Source: Candidatus Tremblayella phenacoccinincola
GTDB taxonomy: Bacteria > Pseudomonadota > Gammaproteobacteria > Burkholderiales > Burkholderiaceae
DNA: 5,390 nt
Direction of reading: 5' to 3'
Assembly: GCF_002682985.1 (NCBI RefSeq)
Contig: NZ_MKGN01000011.1
Coordinates: forward strand, 1-5,390
Below, one piece after another: positions 1 to 5,161 of the stretch. Position 1 is the first letter of the stretch. Each line of letters begins with the position of its first letter. The position numbers and the translations under genes were made by a program. The notes under the pieces are model-generated. The model was not told the origin of the DNA, ran no database searches, and saw only the letters and a list, made by a program, of their open reading frames with translations.

Positions 1-819
1 AGTTGGTAAGTGTGTTATCCTAACAGCTGACTCTGTTTTATTAACATGCTGTCCTCCAGCCCCTGAAGAACGAAATGTGTCTATTCTTAGGTCAGAAGGA
101 ACAATATATATGTTAATAGCATCACTTATCTCTGGATAAACATATATAGAACTAAAAGAAGTATGTCGCTTTCCATTAGAACTAAAAGGACTCTTTCGTA
201 CTAACCTATGTATTCCTGTTTCGGTTCTTAACCATCCATAAGCATAGGCTCCTTGAATCTTAATAGTAACAGACTTAGGTTTATTTAGCTCTCCAACTAG
301 TACATGGACAACTTCTGTTTTAAACCTATGAAGACTTGTCCAACGAAGATACATACGTAATAATATGCTTGTCCAGTCTTGGGACTCAATACCCCCAGAA
401 CCAGCCTGAATGTCTATATAACAACCTAACCTATCTGTCTTATTCTTAAACATTAAGTTAGCCTCTAGTTGGGTTATCTTTTTATCTAATACACATAACT
501 CATTGTTTATAGCAACTAAAGTAACTGAGGTTGTTTCATTATGAGAAATATTAGTAGCTGTATGTCTAACTACTTCTTTAATGCCTCTAAAGGTTTCTAA
601 TAGGTTATCTAATATTGACCCATCAATCCTAAGTAAAGAAAGATCTCTATTTAAACAGCTTACTTGGTTTTTATTAGACCATATGGACTTATTAGCTAAC
701 ATAATAACTAACTCATTAATCTTTTCTTTCTTAACATCAATCCTTAGGTTATCTTTTAAAAGAGTTAGTCTCTCTTCTAGGTTTAATATACGGACTTCTA
801 CTATAGGGCTTTCAAGCAT
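1..819 (-). CDS. prfB: Peptide chain release factor 2 (RF2), first 273 codons; the 3' end runs off the left edge of the window
   Basis: Hand translation of the minus strand from ATG (819-817) is unbroken to position 1: MLESPIVEVRILNLEERLTLLKDNLRIDVKKEKINEL...CYIDIQAGSGGIESQDW...GAYAYGWLRTETGIHRLVRKSPFSSNGKRHTSFSS...DTFRSSGAGGQHVNKTESAVRITHLPT. It carries the RF2-type SPF tripeptide and the GGQ motif and is colinear with E. coli RF2. It is missing from the ORF track because it has no stop codon inside the window. Confidence 0.93.
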   Translation of the reverse strand, partial: MLESPIVEVRILNLEERLTLLKDNLRIDVKKEKINELVIMLANKSIWSNKNQVSCLNRDLSLLRIDGSILDNLLETFRGIKEVVRHTATNISHNETTSVTLVAINNELCVLDKKITQLEANLMFKNKTDRLGCYIDIQAGSGGIESQDWTSILLRMYLRWTSLHRFKTEVVHVLVGELNKPKSVTIKIQGAYAYGWLRTETGIHRLVRKSPFSSNGKRHTSFSSIYVYPEISDAINIYIVPSDLRIDTFRSSGAGGQHVNKTESAVRITHLPT

Positions 820-864
820 AGCTATATCTAATATTGTAATGACCTTAAAAGCAATAAAAGATGT

Positions 865-937
865 TGCCGATAGCCGGTCTCGAACCGGCGTCGCATCTAT
901 ACCAAAGATGTGCTCTAACCTACTAAGCTATATCAAC
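865..937 (-). tRNA. thrT: tRNA-Thr, anticodon GGU, 73 nt, no encoded CCA
   Basis: The minus strand reads GTTGATA TA GCTT AGTAGGTTA GAGC A CATCT TTGGTAT AGATG CGAC GCCGG TTCGAGA CCGGC TATCGGC A. This folds into a full cloverleaf. The acceptor stem has two G.U pairs, the T-loop is TTCGAGA, and the anticodon loop is TT-GGT-AT. Confidence 0.85.
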
Positions 938-947
938 ATCTATATTG

Positions 948-1019
948 AGCGGATAATGGGAATTGAACCCACATCTCTAGCTTGGAAGGCTAGAATAATA
1001 GCCTTTATACTATATCCGC
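948..1019 (-). tRNA. glyT: tRNA-Gly, anticodon UCC, 72 nt, no encoded CCA
   Basis: The minus strand reads GCGGATA TA GTAT AAAGGCTA TTAT T CTAGC CTTCCAA GCTAG AGAT GTGGG TTCAATT CCCAT TATCCGC T. The acceptor stem is perfect, the discriminator is U, and the anticodon loop is CT-TCC-AA. It closely resembles E. coli glyT as I remember it. Confidence 0.88.
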
Positions 1020-1020
1020 T

Positions 1021-1041
1021 TATATAGCTAACTACCGATAG
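1021..1041 (-). repeat. Copy A of a 21-nt inverted repeat (tRNA-Thr(UGU) 3' end plus trailer)
   Basis: The plus strand reads tatatagctaactaccgatag. It matches the reverse complement of 5141-5161 at 20 of 21 positions, including 16 consecutive identities. Confidence 0.8.
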
Positions 1042-1105
1042 TCGGAATCGAACCCACTACCTACTGATTACAAGTCAGTTGTTCTACCAAGTGAACTATA
1101 TCGGT
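1033..1105 (-). tRNA. thrU: tRNA-Thr, anticodon UGU, 73 nt, no encoded CCA
   Basis: The minus strand reads ACCGATA TA GTTC ACTTGGTA GAAC A ACTGA CTTGTAA TCAGT AGGTA GTGGG TTCGATT CCGAC TATCGGT A. The acceptor stem is perfect and starts with an A1-U72 pair. The T-stem has one G.G mismatch (51-63). The anticodon loop is CT-TGT-AA. Confidence 0.85.
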
Positions 1106-1184
1106 ATAGCTAGCTGTATGCAGGAACTCAGGTGTGTCTAGCTCTCTGTATGTGGGGAGGACCTTTATCTAAGACTATGCTGGA

Positions 1185-1256
1185 GGGCCGTTAGCTCAGT
1201 GGTAGAGCAGTGGGTTCTTAACCCATTTGTCGCAGGTTCGAGACCTGCACGACTCA
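1185..1256 (+). tRNA. tRNA-Lys, anticodon CUU, 72 nt, no encoded CCA
   Basis: The sequence reads GGGCCGT TA GCTC AGTGGTA GAGC A GTGGG TTCTTAA CCCAT TTGTC GCAGG TTCGAGA CCTGC ACGACTC A. The backbone nearly matches the E. coli tRNA-Lys scaffold (GGGTCGTTAGCTCAG...GGTCGCAGGTTCGAATCCTGCACGACCCA). The anticodon is CTT rather than TTT. The acceptor stem has a G2.U71 pair and a C4/A69 mismatch. Confidence 0.85.
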
Positions 1257-1402
1257 GTCACTCAGACACTCAAGCTATAGACACTCGCATCTAGTATCAG
1301 GACAACTCTAACATAAACCCAATAAAACAACTACTAGGATTACTACTGTTCATCTAAAGGCAGCTGTTTAAACTACTAACCTTTAAAAGCAACAACTAAC
1401 CT

Positions 1403-1609
1403 ATGAAGCTATGTTATATAACCCGAATAAAGAATCTGAAAGGAAACATAGTATCACCCTCGCATAACAAAACGAGAAGGAGCTTTAGTATTAACCTGCA
1501 TTTCAAAAGAGTTTGGTCAGAAGCAAATAACAGTTGGTCTCGTAGGAAAGTATCAAGCTCAGGACTCCGTGTGTTAGATAAGTTCACATATAGGAACCGA
1601 AGTGTCTAA
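1403..1609 (+). CDS. rpmB: 50S ribosomal protein L28 (68 aa, C-terminally shorter than the 78-aa E. coli protein)
   Basis: The ORF-track protein [60 protein letters not shown]... aligns with E. coli L28 ([39 protein letters not shown]...VSAKGMRVIDK). It stops at TAA and has no Shine-Dalgarno sequence upstream. Confidence 0.9.
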   Translation: MKLCYITRIKNLKGNIVSPSHNKTRRSFSINLHFKRVWSEANNSWSRRKVSSSGLRVLDKFTYRNRSV

Positions 1610-1766
1610 TAACAACAGAGTAATCATAAGGTTAGTTTCCACCAAGAACACCGGTCATTTTTATACTTCTTTTAAAAACAGAACACGCCAACCTAAGCTG
1701 AATATAATGAAATATGATCCTATCGTAGGAAAGCACGTCTTGTATGTTGAAAAGAAAGATAGATAA
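1602..1766 (+). CDS. rpmG: 50S ribosomal protein L33 (54 aa, GTG start, overlaps the rpmB 3' end by 8 nt)
   Basis: Hand translation from GTG at 1602 gives (M)[53 protein letters not shown], ending at TAA (1764-1766). It is colinear with E. coli L33 ([55 protein letters not shown]). AGGA at 1592-1595 sits 6 nt upstream of the GTG. It is absent from the ORF track because of the non-ATG start and short length. Confidence 0.85.
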   Translation: MSNNNRVIIRLVSTKNTGHFYTSFKNRTRQPKLNIMKYDPIVGKHVLYVEKKDR

Positions 1767-1821
1767 GCTCATTTGGGTTTTTTAGTATTAAAGCAATAAA
1801 AGGAGAAGTTGAGGATTTGAA

Positions 1822-2028
1822 ATGGCAACAGGCGTTGTAAAATGGTTCAACGATGCAAAAGGATTTGGGTTTATTACTCCAGATGAAGGTGGTGAAGATT
1901 TGTTTGCGCACTTTTCAGCTATCAACGTTCAGGGCTTTAAAACATTAAAGGAAGGTCAAAAGGTAACATTCGATGTCATTCAAGGACCTAAAGGCAAACA
2001 AGCATCCAACATACAAACAAAAGAATAA
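1822..2028 (+). CDS. Cold-shock protein, CspA family (68 aa)
   Basis: The protein [68 protein letters not shown] carries both RNP motifs (KGFGFI and DLFAHFS). GAGGA at 1811-1815 lies 6 nt upstream of the ATG and is the best Shine-Dalgarno sequence in the window. I cannot assign a paralogue. Confidence 0.93.
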   Translation: MATGVVKWFNDAKGFGFITPDEGGEDLFAHFSAINVQGFKTLKEGQKVTFDVIQGPKGKQASNIQTKE

Positions 2029-2043
2029 CAGATCCTTATTAAC

Positions 2044-2067
2044 GGAGGGATTAGTCACTACCCCTCC
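2044..2067. terminator. Hairpin between convergent csp and dapA; possible bidirectional terminator
   Basis: GGAGGG (2044-2049) pairs with CCCTCC (2062-2067). An inner TA/TA pair (2052-2053 with 2059-2060) closes a 5-nt loop. It is the only GC-rich stem in the 47-nt convergent gap, but neither side has a flanking U-run. Confidence 0.3.
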
Positions 2068-2075
2068 AACTGCTG

Positions 2076-2960
2076 CTAAAGGGTTCTGATTGCTTTTAAA
2101 ACCTTAATACAATGGTTGTAGTTTAAATGCGTCAGTGGAAGCCTGACTCCACTAGTTATTAGACCAGGCTTCCCTAAGATTGTTTTTACTGGGATTGGGT
2201 TGGTTTCTATAAACATGAGGTTACACAGCTTAAATACCTTTGAGCATATGTAGTTTAGCTTATCTTTAGTGGATAGTCTATACGAGAGGTTGTATAGGTT
2301 AACAATGCTTTTAGGAATCAGGTTAGATATAACAGAGATCACCCCATTACTTCCTATTTCAGAAGCACCTAAACATGTTGAGTCATCCCCACTATATACA
2401 GCAAACTTGTCCTTCAATAGTCTTTTGGTTCGTAGTAGCTTGTATATAGTTAACATGTTTGCTGATGTTTCCTTTATGCCAACGATGCCAGGAATCTGAG
2501 ATAGCCTGTGTATTGTATCAGCTGTCAAACCAACTCCAGTCCGGCTGGACACACTGTACAATATGATATTCAGGTCTACAGCTTCAGCAATCCTCTTAAA
2601 ATGCTTGTATAGGCCTTCTTGTGTTGGCTTGTTATAATACGGAACAACTTGTAGGGAATAGTCAGCTCCTAACTCTTTGATGGCTTGGGTAAGGTGTATT
2701 GCTTCGAACGTAGAATTACTCCCTGAACCTACAACTATTGGAACTCTACCTTTTGTTTGATCAATGGTTGTTTTAACAAGGCTTATATGTTCTTCATATG
2801 AAAGAGTTGATACTTCACCTGTAGTACCAGCAACGGTTAGTCCGTTAATACCTGAAAGAACCTGCCATTCTATAAAGCTCCTGAAAGAATATACATCTAA
2901 ACAGCCATCAGGAAACATTGGTGAAACAACAGCTGTAACTACCCCGGTTAGTTTGTGCAT
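2076..2960 (-). CDS. dapA: 4-hydroxy-tetrahydrodipicolinate synthase (294 aa)
   Basis: The ORF-track protein is colinear with E. coli DapA. Conserved segments are GTTGE, VPYYNKP, LYSVSSRTG, IVGIKETS (the Schiff-base lysine context) and NPIPVK. The length is normal and it stops at TAG. Confidence 0.93.
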   Translation of the reverse strand: MHKLTGVVTAVVSPMFPDGCLDVYSFRSFIEWQVLSGINGLTVAGTTGEVSTLSYEEHISLVKTTIDQTKGRVPIVVGSGSNSTFEAIHLTQAIKELGADYSLQVVPYYNKPTQEGLYKHFKRIAEAVDLNIILYSVSSRTGVGLTADTIHRLSQIPGIVGIKETSANMLTIYKLLRTKRLLKDKFAVYSGDDSTCLGASEIGSNGVISVISNLIPKSIVNLYNLSYRLSTKDKLNYICSKVFKLCNLMFIETNPIPVKTILGKPGLITSGVRLPLTHLNYNHCIKVLKAIRTL

Positions 2961-3091
2961 TGTGAAAAGATGTTTAGATTAGTCAAAGTATTCGTAACTT
3001 ATTACTACAGTGTATGGCAGTTCCAGCTTAATCCTTAACCACAGAACAAACCCATAAGTAACACCAAAACACCAACTAACAACACAGAATG

Positions 3092-3370
3092 TTAGCAGAC
3101 CTTTCCTAGATATGATTGGCAAGATAGTCTGGAGTCACTTCTATTCGTTACTAACAAAGCCTTTTCAGAGTTGGTTGCGATGCGTATAGCTTCTGCTCCC
3201 TGCTTAATGTTGATTATACATGAAGAACAAACACATGCTTTTCCACAAAGATGAGGAACATTAATACCTTCGTTCAACATGAGATCACAGAGGCTAGTAT
3301 CACCAACAGCAGTTAAAAGCAAACCCAATGGGCACAGATATATGTTTGGTAGTACGATTAAGGTAATCAT
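3092..3370 (-). CDS. fdx: 2Fe-2S ferredoxin, ISC (Fdx/adrenodoxin) type, 92 aa
   Basis: MITLIVLPNIYLCPLGLLLTAVGDTSLCDLMLNEGINVPHLCGKACVCSSCIINIKQG...SRLSCQ aligns with E. coli Fdx (MPKIVILPHQDLCPDGAVLEA...HACEKSCACTTCHCIVREG...SRLSCQ). The cluster cysteines C42, C48, C51 and C84 are present. The ATG lies 16 nt downstream of the rpsB stop. Confidence 0.85.
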   Translation of the reverse strand: MITLIVLPNIYLCPLGLLLTAVGDTSLCDLMLNEGINVPHLCGKACVCSSCIINIKQGAEAIRIATNSEKALLVTNRSDSRLSCQSYLGKVC

Positions 3371-3386
3371 TCAGCAGTTGTTTTAG

Positions 3387-4007
3387 CTAACTACTTAAGC
3401 CTTTTCCTTTAGACACTGCTTTGGTTTTGTGTATGTGTTTTATTATACCAGCTAGAATCAGATGTACAGATGTAGCTGAGTCATCATTGGCAGGTATTGG
3501 AAAGTCTATGCCAGACAGAGAACAGTTCGTATCCACTATTGCTATTACAGGAACCCGTAGTCTTTGTGCTTCCCTAACTACTATTCTATGTTTTACTGCT
3601 TCAACAACAACAACAGCATCTGGAACTCTGTTGACTTTAAGACCTTTAGCTTTTAGTGAGTCGGTTACGTTTAATGCTGAGTTGCTAATAGTATTGAAGT
3701 TTGTTAACGTTCCTCCTAACCACCTTTTAGTAATGAACGACATGCTTATTCTGGAAACCTCTTTTTCAACGAAGCTTTGCAGTTGCCATTTGGTACACAC
3801 AAACAATATATGCTTATTCTCAGTAACCAGACGTTCAACAAATAATATGGCTTTCTTGAGCATACGAATGGTTTTAGATAGGTCTATGATGTGGACTCTA
3901 CGTCTTTTACAATAAATATACTGAAACATCTTAGGATTCCAAAAGCAGCTCCTATGTCCAATATGGACCCCTGACTCTAACATCTTCTTAATAATATCTT
4001 CAGTCAT
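3387..4007 (-). CDS. rpsB: 30S ribosomal protein S2 (206 aa, internally and C-terminally shortened)
   Basis: MTEDIIKKMLESGVHIGHRSCFWNPKM...ILFVCTK...RWLGGTLTNFNT...VPDAVVVV...VPVIAIVDTN...IPANDD is colinear with E. coli S2 (241 aa). The exceptions are a short linker that replaces the coiled-coil region and a truncated tail. Confidence 0.93.
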   Translation of the reverse strand: MTEDIIKKMLESGVHIGHRSCFWNPKMFQYIYCKRRRVHIIDLSKTIRMLKKAILFVERLVTENKHILFVCTKWQLQSFVEKEVSRISMSFITKRWLGGTLTNFNTISNSALNVTDSLKAKGLKVNRVPDAVVVVEAVKHRIVVREAQRLRVPVIAIVDTNCSLSGIDFPIPANDDSATSVHLILAGIIKHIHKTKAVSKGKGLSS

Positions 4008-4012
4008 TCTAG

Positions 4013-4055
4013 CAGGCTTATAGTGTGTATAGCTCCATGTTAGTAATTAAGCCTG
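4013..4055 (-). promoter_or_regulatory. 8-bp inverted repeat (hairpin) ending 5 nt upstream of the rpsB start codon
   Basis: CAGGCTTA (4013-4020) and TAAGCCTG (4048-4055) are exact reverse complements separated by 27 nt. On the rpsB mRNA strand the 3' arm ends 5 nt before the AUG. The function is not established. Confidence 0.3.
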
Positions 4056-4094
4056 GTCTATATCAATAAAACCCAGACTCTAGCAGTTAGCTAG

Positions 4095-4100
4095 TATAAT
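4095..4100 (+). promoter_or_regulatory. Consensus -10 hexamer TATAAT facing dapD
   Basis: This is an exact TATAAT in the rpsB-dapD divergent spacer, immediately after an AGTTAGCTA motif copy. No convincing -35 element lies 16-18 nt upstream (the sequence there is CCCAGA). Confidence 0.25.
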
Positions 4101-4324
4101 ATTGGTTTATTTAGCCAGACGTATGCGTTTAACCAGTGTTATGGGGACGGCTCTATCAACAAACTGACAGCTTGTTCAATACAGCCACCAACGGTTATGT
4201 TCTTAGTGTGGTGTCTTAACTGCCTGTTCTGATGGGTTTGTCATGGTTAAACGTTGATTCTATATTAGATAATGGGAACAACTTGGTAACAACAGCCATT
4301 CACATAAGCCTGTCATATAAGCAT

Positions 4325-5125
4325 ATGTTTAACGTATGTAGAATAGTGGAACAACTATGGAATGAAGAGCATATATACGAAAGCACAACCAAAAGTAGAG
4401 AAGCCTATGAAGTTGTAGATCATGTTATTTCGGAGTTAGATGCTGGCAAGATAAGAGTATGCGAAAAAAGGAATGGAGTCTGGTATGTAAACGAATGGAT
4501 CAAAAAGGCAATCCTATTATACTTTAGATATGCAAAGCTATTTAGGCTTGATGCTGGTTATTCTTGTTTCTATGACAAAATACCACTTAAGCTACTAAGA
4601 CACACCGAAAAGCAATCCGTCAGGAGCTCTCCACCTGGTTCGATAAGAAGAGGTTCGTATGTATCCAGGAACGTAGTGCTCATGCCTTCCTTCATCAACA
4701 TTGGAGCATATGTTGGAGAAGACACGATGGTTGATACTTGGTCTACTATCGGTTCATGTGCACAAGTTGGTAAAAGAGTCCACATCTCAGGAGGTGTTGG
4801 AATTGGGGGCGTATTAGAACCTTTAAATGAACAGCCTGTTATAATAGAGGATAACTGCTTCATTGGAGCTAGGTCTGAAATAGTGGAAGGAGTGGTTATT
4901 GAAGAGGGTTCAGTAATAGCTATGGGTGTATATATAGGACAGAGCACAAAGATATATGATAGGGAAAGAGACGAGGTATTGTATGGACGGGTTCCAGCAG
5001 GTTCAGTTGTTGTGCCAGGTAGCTTGATAAAAGATGGGAAGTACAGTCTAAGTTGTGCTGTTATTGTTAAGAAGATCGATAGGAAAACCTTGCTTAAAAC
5101 ATCTATTAATGAGCTGCTTAGATAG
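4325..5125 (+). CDS. dapD: 2,3,4,5-tetrahydropyridine-2,6-dicarboxylate N-succinyltransferase (266 aa from ATG 4325; the longest ORF starts at 4232)
   Basis: The protein carries the hexapeptide-repeat core [98 protein letters not shown] and the C-terminus [11 protein letters not shown]...NELLR. Homologue N-termini, as I remember them, align with [14 protein letters not shown] (ATG 4325). The 31 codons from 4232 have no counterpart. Confidence 0.92.
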   Translation: MFNVCRIVEQLWNEEHIYESTTKSREAYEVVDHVISELDAGKIRVCEKRNGVWYVNEWIKKAILLYFRYAKLFRLDAGYSCFYDKIPLKLLRHTEKQSVRSSPPGSIRRGSYVSRNVVLMPSFINIGAYVGEDTMVDTWSTIGSCAQVGKRVHISGGVGIGGVLEPLNEQPVIIEDNCFIGARSEIVEGVVIEEGSVIAMGVYIGQSTKIYDRERDEVLYGRVPAGSVVVPGSLIKDGKYSLSCAVIVKKIDRKTLLKTSINELLR

Positions 5126-5140
5126 TTCTTTGGGGGAACC

Positions 5141-5161
5141 CTATTGGTAGTTAGCTATATA
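5141..5161 (+). repeat. Copy B of the 21-nt inverted repeat, 16 nt downstream of the dapD stop
   Basis: The plus strand reads ctattggtagttagctatata. This equals the tRNA-Thr(UGU) 3' end (C65 to A73) plus a 12-nt trailer, with one C-to-T change at acceptor position 69. Confidence 0.8.

Noticed and set aside
581-1027. 148-aa plus-strand ORF from the ORF track
   Set aside because: It lies antisense to prfB and runs straight through two well-folded minus-strand tRNA genes. The product is low-complexity with no recognisable motifs.
1106-1184. Divergent promoters or a decayed tRNA-Tyr in the 79-nt gap between tRNA-Thr(UGU) and tRNA-Lys
   Set aside because: Only weak -10-like hexamers (GACTAT, TATCTA) are present, without matching -35 elements. 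No T-arm or acceptor-like remnants are visible. The partial direct repeat TAGC..TGTATG (1107-1119 and 1138-1153) is too short to interpret.
1776-1783. T-run (GGGTTTTTT) after rpmG as an intrinsic terminator
   Set aside because: No GC-rich stem precedes it, so I cannot fold a credible hairpin upstream.
1720-1911. 63-aa minus-strand ORF
   Set aside because: It is antisense to the rpmG 3' end, the csp leader and the highly conserved csp N-terminus, and it resembles no known protein.
2137-2173. 9-bp perfect inverted repeat GGAAGCCTG...CAGGCTTCC inside the dapA 3' coding region, sharing the AAGCCTG core with the rpsB-leader hairpin
   Set aside because: It lies within conserved coding sequence. 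Roughly 0.6 such 9-bp hairpins with loops of 30 nt or less are expected by chance in this window, and the shared 7-mer alone is weak evidence.
2269-2982. Plus-strand ORFs at 2269-2499 (76 aa) and 2764-2982 (72 aa)
   Set aside because: Both are antisense to the full-length, well-conserved dapA, so they are shadow frames.
3421-3915. 164-aa plus-strand ORF
   Set aside because: It lies entirely antisense to rpsB, whose identity is unambiguous. No motifs are recognisable.
4008-4324. Replication origin in the large divergent spacer (local change from A/C-rich to G/T-rich noncoding sequence; near-DnaA box TGTGTATAG at 4024-4032)
   Set aside because: There is only one 7/9 match to the DnaA box and no box cluster or AT-rich unwinding repeats. 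The apparent skew switch is inconsistent, because the plus strand over dapA is already G/T-rich. A 5-kb window cannot support a skew argument.
4101-4324. Lysine riboswitch or other leader RNA upstream of dapD (and upstream of dapA at 2961-3091)
   Set aside because: I found no recognisable L-box core or extended conserved helices. Only short, statistically unremarkable stems are present.
4570-4947. 125-aa minus-strand ORF
   Set aside because: It is antisense to the hexapeptide-repeat core of dapD. The periodic repeat keeps the opposite frame open.
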